In this document: piece by piece, positions 41,765 through 55,800 of the stretch
Layout of the letters: each line of letters begins with the position of its first letter
How positions within the stretch are numbered: the first letter of the stretch is position 1
From: Cycas panzhihuaensis
Taxonomy: Eukaryota > Plantae > Cycadophyta
Direction: 5' to 3'
Length of the DNA: 64,000 nucleotides
Assembly: GCA_023213395.1 (NCBI GenBank)
Contig: CM041465.1
Coordinates: 41,857,741-41,921,740 of the forward strand
Notes under the pieces: model-generated
What the model saw: only the letters and a program-made list of their open reading frames with translations
What the model was told of the DNA's origin: nothing
Databases searched by the model: none
Program-made: the position numbers and the translations under genes

Positions 41765-41837
41765 TATTAAAATATTAGTAATACACATTTGTCTTATCCC
41801 ACATACAATTGAGTCCCACACTCACTATCATATCATG

Positions 41838-41868
<31 letters not shown>

Positions 41869-44800
41869 ATCTCATCGGTTGCAAGGATGTTTTGAATGTT
41901 GTTAATACAATTTAAGGTACTTTAAGGGTATTGTCTGATCCTGAAGTGGTTTGTTTCTATTTTGTGAATATTATTGTAATATAGGTTTGTTTTTTCAATA
42001 TGGTATTAGAGAAAGGTCGAGAGAGGTCTATCGAATTGGTTGGTGAAACCCTAATTCTATTAGCGTGTGAGGAGGTGGCTCGTTCTTTATTTGATAATGC
42101 CACTAAGCTTGCCAAGTCCTAGAATTAAGTGGAGGTGATTTTGATGTTTATTGAGTAATTAAGAGGTGTTTGAAGCCACCCGTGTATGGAGAGAATCCAT
42201 ACACCTATTTGCCAGCCTTATGTTGCCAATAGGAGAGTGCATAGAACCTACAGAGCCATAAAAGGAGAGTGCAAAGAACTTGCAAAGTTGTGGAATGAAT
42301 AAATTACAATCAAATAAAATTACAATCAAATATTCAAGGTATACTCATTGTTTTCCAATATATTAATAACCCACTTAATATTCTAGGGTTTGATTGAATA
42401 CATTCATCTACCCAGTAATAAATATATTGATCACTACTGTATTTAATCATGCACACATTAATATGGGTGATAATCTCTAAATGACATCGTGATGCCCAAC
42501 GTAATATTGTTACCTTCGTCTGCAATTTATGTATTTATGTCAGTCGCGTGATAAATTTATGCCTGCATATAGTATTTATTCACTAGCCAACGGTTGATAA
42601 TTTTATCACCGTAAGATATATCAATACATTGATATACTCCAATGTTTTGTAGTCGCTCGTTTGTTGGTTTATGATGGCAGTTGTACTGTTTTACAGTCGC
42701 CCATGCATGATGTGTTAGTAGTAACTGCATCATCGTTTGATATTGCAGCCAAACATCTGTGTGATAATCATTTCCAACAGCAAGTCTCTATATATGCGTT
42801 CACACATTCTACACGCTGCCTGCATCTTATTTGTTCGACCATCATTTTTCGCCACCGCGATTTATTGTATCTTCACCTGCGTTTGCGTTTGAGTGACTAT
42901 GCATCTGATTCGTTGGTGAGACACCCCTCTGTATATGGTATGCAAGTATTTTATACAGTCGTATCTATTCTATTCACCTCTAATTTATTACAAATCACAG
43001 TAGTTTATCATTTACCCTTGCATGATGTATTATATGCAATGTCACCCACACATTAAGTTATTATCACTTGCTAATAATTTTGGTTGCCCATGTCTGCGTG
43101 ATGAGATATTTACAGCCGCTCCTGTGCATATTTCTATTCAGAAACTACATATATATTTGCATATCATTTGCCATCGTCCTCTGAGTGTGGATATATTCAC
43201 CGTTGTTTTTATATTTGTAGTGGTTGTCTTTCAATATTGGTGTCACCCGTCAATAATGATCTCTGCGTCTTTATATTTTATTACCTGTGAATTTATTTTG
43301 CCTCGTGTGTTGTTGTCTTAATATGCATTTATTTGGATATATATTTTTTGGGCATTTGATAATTTATATAAAGTAACGTTTGTTATATTTACGACAGCCT
43401 GTTTATAATGTCGCCCAATGCCTTTGATATGAATCATTTGATTTAATATTGCATTGCACCCTTTTCTATCAAGTTGTCATTTTTGAGGTTAATATATATT
43501 TGCCTAATGTTAGCATTATTTTTATCCTGATACCCTTTTGTGATATAAAATGAGACCTTATATTTATGAATTACCCATCAAATGATCTTGATCATATGTA
43601 ATTTGATTTTCATCTTTTGTAAGTTTGAAATAGTATTTGATACGAGTAGACATATATCATGTATCATATGATGTGTTATGGAGATTCATAATATGAGACA
43701 TTTATAAGGCATCAATGGCAATGTCTACTATATAGTGTGTTGGTAACCTAGTTCTCTCTTATATGTGATTACGTAAGAGAGTAAGTTGGAGGCATGAGAG
43801 ATGGGTAATATGAGGCTCTCTAGCATGCGATTGCATGAGAGAGTATTTTGGCAATGTGAGGTGACATTAAAACATGCTGATGTGAATGTTCTGGCACTCT
43901 TAATTGGTGTCATGTTGATTGGCGATTTGATCTGAAGATATTGCATTAAGCACGCTTCAATTATGGGTGAAAGTAGGCGATATGAGATGATGTTTGATGC
44001 ACTTTGCATATATCCATATAAAAAATCTATTGGGCAAAGAAGGGCATAAAAAGAGCATACTTGATAGCATGGTCTAATTGACTAAATAGACAAAGAAGGA
44101 TGAGTTTTGTTGAAGATACTTGAGCTGTAGGAAAGCAAACTTTGTTGAGTGCTATAGTGGCATGAGTTGTGTTTTGGGCAATTAAGTGAAGTGTGATGTA
44201 TTTTGGCGATTTAATGGTGACGTGAGGTGTGCATGATTTTTGTGAGATGTATATGGTATAGACATTGATTTGATGGTGAAATAAGTGTTTGAGATACTCG
44301 TTGTATGACTATTTGGCAATATGAAAGATGCATAAGGCAATGATGTGACGATGAAGTCAGTGACGTGAGGGATATAAGACATGAGAAAGTTTGTTGAGAT
44401 TGATTAATGGGCGAATTACCAATGTTATGTGAGTTTGTTGATTAAAAAATGGACATATTGTTTGAAGATACACTTTTAATCATGGAGGAAAATGATGTGG
44501 TTATATATGTTCATGAAAGAAATAAATATTACTTAAGGGATTCACTTCTTCTGACACCTAAGTGTAATGAAGCAAACTATTTCTTTTGGACAATTAAAAT
44601 GAGATGTTTTTTTATAGCTAGAGGTCTGTGGAGACTTGTTATTGATGGATACGATATTCCTAAGGATGAAGAAGAAAAGGAAATGCTTGAGAAGAAAGAC
44701 AAGTATTTATCATGATTCTTACTGCATTAAACAAGACTAATCTTCCTTCTGCATATCATTTTGTCATTCCTAAGATTCAACATGTAAGTACTACCAATAA

Positions 44801-45778
44801 AGCTTGAGATTTTTTAAAGGATGTATTTGAATAAACTCTTGAAAAGATACAATGAATAATTAAAAAGGCAAATAAGATCAGTGATAGTTATGATATAGGT
44901 AAAACGAATGAAGAGAGTATTATCAACACTGATGAAATAATATGTGAAGATGAAAAATGTATTAGTACTAATGAAATTTCTACTAAATGTAAAAAAACTA
45001 TGGTTGAATGTATTAATGACACTACAACTACTATTGAAGACATTGAGAGCGATGGATAAATAAAGGTTTTATTTAGATGACACTATTATTTCAAGGGAAA
45101 TTGAATATGAATCTGATGGTCCTATAAAATATGAGTCTTATATTGATGATATTCCTACTTTCAGTATTGATTCAAGTTCAAAGAGTATATAAGCCAATGA
45201 AGATTCCGCTCGAAACGTTACTGTTGTATATGGTGATCAAGAATTTATACAGAATAATAATGACAAGCAAGTTGTATTTGAAGATGGTCACTTACAGGAT
45301 CTACATCAAAATCAAGTTAAACCAAGCTTAATGAAGAATCAATGTTTGCACTTGCTAGAGTTGTTGCAGCAAAGATATCAATGTAGAATTGAAGATGGAA
45401 AATCAAATTGAAGACACCATTCTACAACAAAGACATCACTACAAGATTGAAGACAATGATCAAGTTGAAGATATCATCTTCAAGACATTTCTAAGGACAA
45501 GGCATTATAAATATAAATGACCCAAATGTGCATTAAGGAGAAATGTTAGAATATTAGTAATGCATATTTGTTTTGTCCCACATATAATTGGGTCCCACAC
45601 TCACTATCATATCGTGTATTATAAATACACATGTAATATATCATATGATCTCATCGGTTGTAAAGATGTTTTGAATGATGTTAATACAATTTGAGGTACT
45701 TTAAGAAAATTGTTCGATCTTGGAGGTGTTTTTGATCTGCTTTGTGATTATTATCTTGTGTAGGTTAGTTTTTCAACG
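41765..45778 (+). mobile_element. Second member of the TR-GAG-like family, inserted in the gypsy integrase
   Basis: LTRs 41765-42000 and 45544-45778; PBS tggtattagag at 42001; TSD atacc/gtacc. gag 44449-45200 is homologous to 22797-23504. (TA)n expansion at 41841-41868 in the 5' LTR. Confidence 0.9.
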
Positions 45779-46286
45779 GTACCAAAGACATCTCTGCATC
45801 TCAAGCTATTGAATTATTTTTTCAACACATCTAGACCCATTGTGGCCTTTTGCTCTCTATAGTTTCTAATGGAGACAATTATTTCCTTAGTTATTTTTGA
45901 CAATCTCTACAAAAAATGCTCGGATGCCAGATCAAATTTTTTAACTCTTTTCAACCCCAAACCAATGGCCAAACAGAGGTGGTTAACAGGATATTGGCAC
46001 ATGTACTTCGTATCTACCAACACAACACTAAATAGTAGAACTTACATCACCACCATATACAACACAACTATAGTCGAACAACTCATGTTTCCATTGGCTG
46101 CTCTCCATTTGAAGTGTGTTATGGCCATCAGCCACTTGCCCCTTATGAACTTTTGCTTGTCATTCCTTCTTCTATCATGGCCCACGAATATTAAGAACAA
46201 CTGAAAGTTGTTACCTTTATTAACCACATAGCTAAACTGTGCTCCACAATCAAGTAAATTCTCCACTAGACTCAAGCCAAATATAA

Positions 46287-49200
46287 TGTTAGCTTGGAAA
46301 TTATTTGTTAAGCCACTTGTTAATATTAATATGGTAGTTTAACTAATGTGATTAACAAAATGATGCGAGCTATACGGAGAGTCACAACCCTTGTCAATTG
46401 ACACTTATTGGAAGGATTATAAATATCCTAGAGCCCTTGTATATTCATATCAATCAAGTGGTAATCAATGTGATTAATAAATATTTGTGGTGAGTTTTTT
46501 TCCTAAAAGGGTTTTCCATGTAAATCCTGTATACTATGCAATTATTTTATGTGTTTATCTTGTTTACTTGTGTATGGTAAAAAATTCTATGGATGCAAAT
46601 ATATATGCGTCCATTTGTGTTTTTTAACATAGTATTAAAGTTGTAGGGTCCTATACAACTAAGGCTACAGTTGGGCAGAACAATGAGATCGTTGGTTGTC
46701 GAATAACGCTATCAAAACCCAAGAGTTTCTTGAGGACTTATCTTCTTCAACAACTTACAGGAGTAGACACAGTGATTAATAGTAGTTATGGAGGTGAAAT
46801 TCACCTATTGGCAAGGTTAAGGCATTATATTGGGGTCAAAATGTAGACGTGCAAAGCATTTTTGTAGAGTGAGTTTGCTCTTTAAGGGTCATTCGAAGTT
46901 GGTTGATGAATTGTGGTACTATTTGAGACCAACAAAGTACATTCAAATAGAGATTTAACAATGGCGAGGACAATCAAAGCATCATACAAGTAAGTTGGCT
47001 CTTTTCTTAACAAAGCACCACTAAAATTGATATAAAAATTACCATTTTACCTCAACAAAGTCACATATCTTACCTGAGGGTGAGATTAGAGCCTGTGAAG
47101 GTGGATTTCTATCCTTCATGAGATTGTTAAATAATATTGGTAGGTATACCCTTGATTTATTGATGTGTATGATTGAGTATTGATGGTAGGCGACTTTGTG
47201 TGGTGTGTGCCCTCCTTATTTACAACCATAAGTGTAAATGGTGGTTGGAATAGCATCAAATGCCTTCTTGTATGAGTGATGGATCGTGTAAGGTCGATTC
47301 TTACCAACGGTAAGGTGTTTTTTAAGTGTGTTTATACTTGATCGACTTATGTAAGTTATGTGGCAACCACACCTTAAGAAGTCGGATTGGTGTCTAAGGA
47401 AATATAAAACAACTTCGTTTGATATATTTTATAATGTTTAAACTTTAGTCGATAAAAATAACGTATTATTTGACTTTTAAGCATGTGTGTTGAGTTATAA
47501 GGTTTGCAACCTTTATGAACAATTGTAACCCTTAAGAATATGCTTTTTGGCATATTCCACATAAAAGTGCCATTATAAAAGCCTTATATACCATTGATCA
47601 TTCATATTATTCATTTTTTAAGCCTTATAAAGCCTTTTGAGAGCATTTTTTATGCCAACGTGGATTGGATCCTACTTGGAAGACCGTACACCCAATATTA
47701 TCAAATAATTTTTTTTGCTTGGAGCATATTCTAAGGTATCTTGAGTCATTTTTAAGCTTTTTTTGAGCATTTTGAGAATGATTTTGAACCTTGTTGGTGA
47801 AGGGTGGGTGGTTTTGGCTTGCATAGACATTGTTCAATGTGCCCCAGTGAGTGTGCTTGAGAAGGAGGTGATCATAGTGACATGAGTATTGTCCAGAAGA
47901 TAATAAGTCTAGTGATATTAATTCGTTTTTTAAAGCTCGTTTCTCAAGATGGATTATTTGATGCCCAAAGTTATTTTTAATGGCAATATCTTTGGTAAGT
48001 GGAAGGCTAATATGGAGTTAATACTGATAGTGAATCAACCATGAGCGATAACTAAGGCAACAGTGAATACAGTCCCGCTTGACTATAAAGCATGTGTACA
48101 ACTTCAAAAGAAGTTGTTTATAGATGTCGGATTATTAAAACTATCACTGGCGTCAAATCAAAAGGCATTGGTACATAACCTTGATCAGTCAGATGAAATC
48201 TAAATAAAATTGTGTAAAACTTTTAAGAAGAAAAAAATGAATAGACATCTAGCTTTAATGTTGGAGCTTCTCAATTCTACAATAAAAGATGAGACCAACA
48301 TAAATGCCTACCTGAATAAAGTCATTGACTTGAAAAAAAAGCTAAAAGAGTCAAAGGCAAATTTGTGATAATTATATCAAAATTGCCAACTACTTTTGCC
48401 ACTTTCTAGACTATCCATGGTAGAGATGAGATGATGGAGAGAGAAACGTTTGATGGTATAAAAAAACATATTCTAGTAGAGGATACCAAGTTAAAACATC
48501 ATAAGATACTTGGAGGTTCCGAGTTAAGTCAAGCCTTAGTCATGAAGACACAGAAGAGAGAGGTCGTTCAAGAGGAAAAGTTTACATAAAGGTATGGGGA
48601 AGAGTCTCAAGAGAAGAAGAAATTCACTAGCAAATGTAACTATTACAAGAAGGAAGGCCATAGAGTAAAGAATTGTTGGTTCAAGGGACGGGACAAATGC
48701 AAAGTTAGCCAAGATAATAAAAGGAAGAGCGTTGCAGCACACAATGTCAGGGTGTCAACCTTATCAGTTGAACTCTAGACCGCAAAAGTGCATCTCTTTT
48801 TAGGAGCAAAACTTTGATACATAGAGTACAGATCATAGTAATGTTGAGATTATCCTTGGAAATGCTCATGTGTTACCAGTTGAAGGTGTTAGCGATGTGT
48901 CCTTAGTAGGTGGTAAGTTTAAAGGGGTCTATTATGTACCCAAGATGCAGTTGAATTTGTTTTCGGCCCCAGAAATTTACAAACAATGAATGAAGGTGAA
49001 ACTTTACAAAAATAGATGTCTAATTAAAAATCCTAAATAGAATTTCTTTATCATTGATATTAAAAAAGTTAAAGATAATTTTTAAGTGTTTCAAAAGTAT
49101 CAATCCTAGAAAAAATTATATGCTTTAATTATCAGCGCAAATGATGTAAGTTATGGCATGATCGCCTAGGTCAATCCTAGAAAAAATTATATGCTTTAAT

Positions 49201-52200
49201 TATCAGTGCAAATGATGTAAGTTATGGCATGATCGCTTAGGTCACTTTAATTACAAAAGCATTATCCTATTGAAAAGGTTGAGAATGGTGGAAGGATTAT
49301 CATTTATTTCATATTCAAATGGTGTTTGTGAAGGGTGTATGTATGGAAAGCATTATCGTTATCCTTTTACTCGGGACAATGTTTTGAGAGCCAAGGGGAA
49401 ACTTGAGCTTGTGTATACAGATGTAATGGGACCACTTTGAACCCTTTAATATCTAAATATTGGTATACCTTAGTGTTTATAAACAACTACACCAAGAAAG
49501 CCTAAGTATATTTCTTAAAAAATAAGTCAAAGGTGTTTGATCGTTTTTGTGATTGAAGAGCAAGTGTTGAAAATAAAAGCAATAAAAATATTAAAATACT
49601 GAGAAGTGATAATGGTAAGAAATACGACAATCATGCGTTTAATTAGTTCTACCGAGATCATAATATAAAATAAAAGTTTACTATCTTATATATTGCACAA
49701 CAAAATGGTGTTATAGAGTGAAAAAATCGTACCATGATGGAGATGGCAAGGTGTATAGTGCATTCGAAAATCTTGCCGTCGATATTTTGGATAGAAGTTG
49801 TTGCAACTATCATTTACATTCTAAACACGGTACCCACTCAAACAGTTCGAAGCATGACCCTTGAAGAGAAATAGACCAGTTATTAGTCATTTAAAAACAT
49901 TTTGGTGCATTGAATATGCACACATCCTAAATGAAGGTCGCAAGAAATTAGATCGCAAGAGTTTGAAATGTATTTTTATAAAGTATTCTGATCAAAACAA
50001 AGCTTACAAAGTATGGGATCCATAGAAGAAAATAATTGTAATTAGTCAATATGTTAAATCTGATAAGTCATCAACATATCATGCTAAAAAGTCATCAAAA
50101 AAGTCATTTTACCCCCCACTACTTCCATTTTTAGATTCTTCAACTAAAGAGAACAATGAACTAGTCGTTGGAATTCAAAAGAATGCTGGACTGAGCGGAA
50201 TCAATAATAGTGAGGAGTTGTCACGTGAAGAAATACCTATAGCATCAAGTACTTTTATACCGTTACAGGCAAGGAAGATGATAGAGGATTCTAGAGTGAC
50301 AATACAAATCCTTATTAATAATAGGAGAACAAAAAGTCAACATGCTAATCGGACTCTTACTAGTAAACACCAAGAACTCTAGTGATCATATTTTGTATGA
50401 TAAAACAAAGGATGATCCACGATAGAGAACTACAATGGAGGAGGAGTATGATTCACTCATGAAGAATGACACTATGTTTCCTTTGAAGAAGAACTTTGTT
50501 AGATGCAAGTGGGTCTACAAGACTAAGTTTCGCTCTGATTAAGAGGTGGATAAGTATAAGGCCAAACTCGTTATTCAATGGTTTAAGCAAAATGAATGAA
50601 TTGATTATGATAAGATAATTGCGGTAGTCTCCAAGATAATGACGGTATGGTTGATCATTTCCTTAGCAACTGCATATGGTTGAGAGTTACATCAAATGGA
50701 TATTAAGTCTGCATTTCTTAATGGAGATTTAAAGGAGAATATTTATATGTCGCTGCCTCTAGGATTCATTAAAAGATGCCATCAGTATCTTGTGTTCCGA
50801 TTAAAAAAATCACTCTATGGCCTAAAACAAGCACTCAATGCTTGGTATGAGAAGATCAATACCAAGTTGAAGGAAATAGGATTTGTTGTTTCGAATCTTG
50901 ACTCAAATCTATATGTAAAAAGGAGTGGGACCTCAATAGTAGCTATTGTGTCGTATGCGGATGATTCACTCATCGAAGGCAACTGTAATAAGACTATTGT
51001 CACAATCAAGTCCAATTTGCGAGTTACCTTTGATATGGCAGACCTCAGGCCGCTTCACTACTTTTTAAGCATTCAAGTCAGATAGATGGAAAATTGGATT
51101 ATGTTGTTGTAGATACAATGTGTGAAGAACCTATTAGAAAAATTTAGGATGCAAAATTGCAAGCTAGTTGCAACACCATGTGCTAAGGGCACAAAATTAA
51201 AGAAAGACATGGCCAAATCCTCTATAGATTGAATAATGTACTGTTAGATGGTAGGGAGTCTAATCTATTTGATTCATACCAGATTTGGTATCACCTATGT
51301 TGTTGGATTAGTTTCCTAATATATGCAAAATATTTGATAACCATATTGAGTTGCAACAAAGCAAATTCTGAAGTACTTGAAGGGTATGCTCAATCTTGAT
51401 CTCAAATACCTTCATAGTGAAGAGATAAAGTTATATGGCTATATTGATATTGATTGGGGAAGAGACTCTAACAATCAGAAATCTATTGTTAGATACATCT
51501 TTAGTGTTGGTAATAGATTTGGTTTTGTGATAGTCGAATAAGCAATAAATATTGGTGTTTTAATCTACAGAAGTAGAATATCAAGGACTCAATGCTAGTG
51601 CTAAAGAAACTGTATGGTCATTAGGTCTCTTGGAAATTTTTGAAGTTTCAAATGACCATTCAATTATTTTTGCCAATAATCAAAGTACCATTCGTTTGTC
51701 AAAGAATTCAAAGTCTCATGCTCATACAAAGTATATTGAGATACAACACCACTATATTCATGAACAGATCAAGTCAAGAAAGCAGTAGATCAACCATTAT
51801 CCGAATGAATATTAGTTTGCAGACGTTTTCGCCAAAGTGCTTACTGAAGATCAATTCACAAAAATATGTATTGCATTAGGATTCACAAATATTATCCTTA
51901 TGGGAGGATATATTAACAAAAATAAAGAAGCAAGATAGTTTTGGCCTTCGTGATAACACAATTACTGCAGATTGCAGGTTTTTCACATTCACATTAAAGG
52001 GAGATGTTAATGTGGTATTTGTTTGTTAAACCACTTGTCAATGTTATTGTGGTGGTTTAACTAATGTGATTAACAAAATGGTGCAAGTTATGCGAAGAGT
52101 TATAACATTTGTCAATTGACACCTCTTTAAAGAATTATAAATATCTTAGGAACCTAATATATTCATATCAATCAAGTGGTAATTAATGTGATCAATAAAT

Positions 52201-52349
52201 CTTTGTGGTAGATTTTTTCTCAAAAGGATTTCTCACATAAGTCTTGTGTACTATACAATTATTTTTTACGTTTATCTTGTTTGCTTGTTGTGTATGGTAA
52301 AAAGTTCTACAAATATAAACATGTATGTGTTCATTCATGTTTCTTAACA
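46287..52349 (+). mobile_element. Full-length decayed Ty1/copia inserted in the gypsy integrase
   Basis: TSD TATAA at 46282-86 and 52350-54. LTRs 46287-46629 and 52005-52349; degenerate PBS at 46630. gag ~47950, INT ~49150-50060, RT (MDIKSAFLNG...YADD, ORF 50696-51085), RH to ~51880, PPT aaagggaga. 71-bp tandem duplication at 49100-49242. Confidence 0.92.
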
Positions 52350-52856
52350 TATAAAATTATTCGCTCCAAAGCTTATTTTCCAAGTCGACAACAAAGTTAG
52401 ACTTCATTTAGACTGTAAAAGATTTAAACATCACCATAAGCTTAAGCCTATCTGTTTTGGTCTTTAAACTATACTTCAAACTATTGGACCAAATGTTTTT
52501 TGACTCGACTTGCCTGCTTATCTGGGCATTCATAATATCGTCAATATCAATCAATTCTAATTGTATAAACCACCATAACTTGAAGTTGAACCCATCGTCG
52601 CTCATCCTTTTGATACCATTCCAAATTTTTATCCTCCCCTTTCACCAAATACCATTATCAACACTCAACAACAACGGACCAAGCAACAGACTACTGCTAC
52701 TTATCTTGTTAGTCAAAAAGGGACTTTGTCCACCAAAGCCAAATGGATTTCTAAAACAATTCTTTCTAAACAGAGAGAAAATAATGAATATTTGTGTAGT
52801 CCTAATATATATATGCATAAACTTAATATTCATAATATTCTTTAGGTTATTTATGT

Positions 52857-55800
52857 ATCCTCAGCAAAGAATTAAATCATTAATGCATCGCATTTAATAT
52901 GTTCAGCTTGTCATTCAGTCAGAAAGGTTATCATACAGTCAAAAAGGTATATGCTTTGACACAAATACCCCTGGCAACGAATACATCAAAAAATATATGC
53001 CTATGAATCATGGAGCCCATGGAAATGAAAACTTGAGAAAACGTGATGAATCAGAATGCCAAAACAGAAGAAAATGAATTGAAAAAATCGTTAACTTCAC
53101 ACACTAAAGCGACCTACTGTGGAGCTTCTATAGGAAAATCATACGGAAAAATCAACCTTTCAATTGCAATTCCAGTTAAAATGAAGAGTCCTATTAGCGA
53201 GACGCCGGAGACACTGTAAAATGACAAGCAATGCTAGCTTGAGTGCTTGGTGCAGGAACCACATTAGCTGGTGCTAAGGATATCACTTAAAGGGTACTTA
53301 AGAACTTAATTAATAGTTAGGTATACAGACGACATATCCTACATGAAACACCTATGTGTCCTACATACAACAAACTAAAATTTGTATAAATATGTAAGTC
53401 ATTCTTTATAGAAATCAATAAAGGGATAAGTTATTCATTCTTCCTCTTACCTAACTTAAGTCTAAAGTTCCTATCTATGAACAAAACCTAAAGATACTTC
53501 CCTACTTGAATTCTAAGAAAAAGAACTATCCACAAGTCTGAAAGCACATCATCGTGACTACTTTTATACCTCTATGTTAAATTGTGATTGTTTTTTTGCA
53601 TGATTGTCATGGCAGATTTTTATTACAAATACATAATACTACTTAACAAGGTTATTGATTGTTGAAAGATCATAACTCAAGGGATGCAGCATTCCATAGC
53701 ATGCAATTGTTAGAAATGAACAAGTGATCATGATCACACTGTGTTTGAAGTGAGAGCCAAGTCATTGTGTTGTAGTCTTTCCTCGCATATGGTTGTATGT
53801 GCAAATGATCTTGATTATTAATGCTCTAACATGATTAACTTTGTGTGTTTTGATTGTTGTGTATTCCAATATCATGACTGATGCCATGAAAAGTGTGGCA
53901 TACAAATTGTACAACCTGGCACGAAAGCACTTCAAGAATACAGCATACCATCATGGGCATTCCATTGAAATGAATCTCATAAAACATTCATTCGGTCTTT
54001 GTATAGTCTTTCCTTATATATGGTTGTATGTGCAAATGATCTTGATTATTAATGCTCTAACATGGTTAACTTTGTGTGTTTTGATTGTTGTGCATTCCAA
54101 TATCATGATTGATGGCATGAAAATTTTGACATACAAATTGTACAACCCGGCACTGAAGCACTTCAAGAATATAGCATACCATCATGGGCATTCCATTGAA
54201 ATGAATCTCATAAAACATTCATTCACATCATAGGCTACTTATGCATAGTTATGTACATCCTTCAACCATGGTGCGGGCATTATCATTGTCAATAGTCTGG
54301 GATTGATTATTTTGGTTAATCAACCATAGAACAAATGTGCATATTCAACGTAGTCCTATATGATTAATACTTTTGTTGAGGAAAATTGTTTTAGGGTGCT
54401 TGTTTGAGATCTACAATGATATGCATACACACACACACACATATATTGTAAAAAGGTTGTAACTTATAAAAAAAAGTATTGATGAAAAAGTTACAACTTG
54501 AATTGGCTTTGTGATTGGACTTCAATGCTTGAATAATCGCATTTATGTTATATGGATAATCTTATTTATATTATATAGGTGGACACATCCTTCAAATCAT
54601 GGAAAAAGGAACGCTTTCAGAGACATTTTTCAGGGTAAAATATTAGCATTCCCAAATAAAATATTCTCTACAGCTCATTATTTTATTTAATTTTAAAAAC
54701 TGGGATCAACACCAAGTTGATGAAACACAAGAATTACATGATATGATACAAACTTGTAGATCTCCATCCTTTTTTTGAGATTTTTATTTAACAAAACTGT
54801 TGACCCATGTATCCATATTAAGTAAAAGCAGTAGTTTATTCAATGACATCAAGTTGGATTTCGTAACCATACTTCATCCTCAAGAAAGAATTAAATTATT
54901 AATGCATCGCATTTAATATGTTCACTTGTCATTCGATCGAGAAAGGTTATCATACAACAAAAAGGTATATGCTTTGACACAAATACCCACAACGAATACA
55001 TCAAAAAATATATGCCTATGAATCATGGAGCCCATGGAAATGAAAACTTGAGAAAGCGTGATGAATCGAATGCCAAAAGCGAAGAAAATGAATTGAAAAA
55101 TCGTTAACTTCACACACTAAAGCGACCTGGGTGGAGCTTTATAGGAAAATCATACGGAAAAATCAACCTTTCAATTGCAATTCCAGTTAAAATGAAGAGT
55201 CCTATTAGCGAGACGACAGAGACATCGTAAAATGACAAGCAATGCTAGCTTGAGTGCTTGGTGCGGGAACCACATTAGGCGGTGCTCAGGATATCACTTA
55301 AAGGGTACTTAAGAACTTAATTAATAGTTAGGTATACAGACGACATATCCTACATGAAACACCTATGTGTCCTACATACAACAAACTAAAATTTGTATAA
55401 ATATGTAAGTCATTCTTTATAGAAATCAATAAAGGGATAAGTTATTCATTCTTCCTCTTACCTAACTTAAGTCTAAAATTTCTATCTATGAACAAAACCT
55501 AAAGATACTTCCCTGCTTGAATTCTAAGAAAAAGAACTATCCACAAGTCTGAAAGCACATCATCGTGACTACTTTTATACCTCTATGTTAAATTGTGATT
55601 GTTTTTTTGCATGATTGTCATGGCGATTTTATTACAAATACATAATACTACTTAACAAGGTTATTGATTGTTGAAAGGTCATAACTCAAGGGATGCACCA
55701 TTCCATAGCATGCAATTGTTGGAAATGAACAAGTAATCATGATCACACTGTGTTTGAAGTGAGAGCCAAGTCATTGTGTTGTAGTCTTTCCTCGCATATG

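Larger units (their letters stand above)
21613..53551 (+). mobile_element. CRM-like Ty3/gypsy retrotransposon with nested insertions
   Basis: LTRs TGAT...ATCA: 5' LTR 21613-21838 plus 35533-35643; 3' LTR 52782-52858 plus 53282-53551. PBS tggtatcaaagcc at 35647. gag ~36560-39200, PR ~39560, RT ~40080-40800 (WRLCIDY*ALNKIT), RH ~40860-41220, INT 41340-41764 / 45784-46286 / 52355-52600. Degenerate TSD ccatg/tcgtg. Confidence 0.85.

Noticed and set aside
42661-43321. ORFs of 131 and 99 aa as genes
   Set aside because: No recognisable motifs; low-complexity composition within a TE leader.
53841-54233. 130-aa ORF with an internal repeat as a novel gene
   Set aside because: Product of a ~230-bp tandem duplication; no clear domain; not intact in all units.
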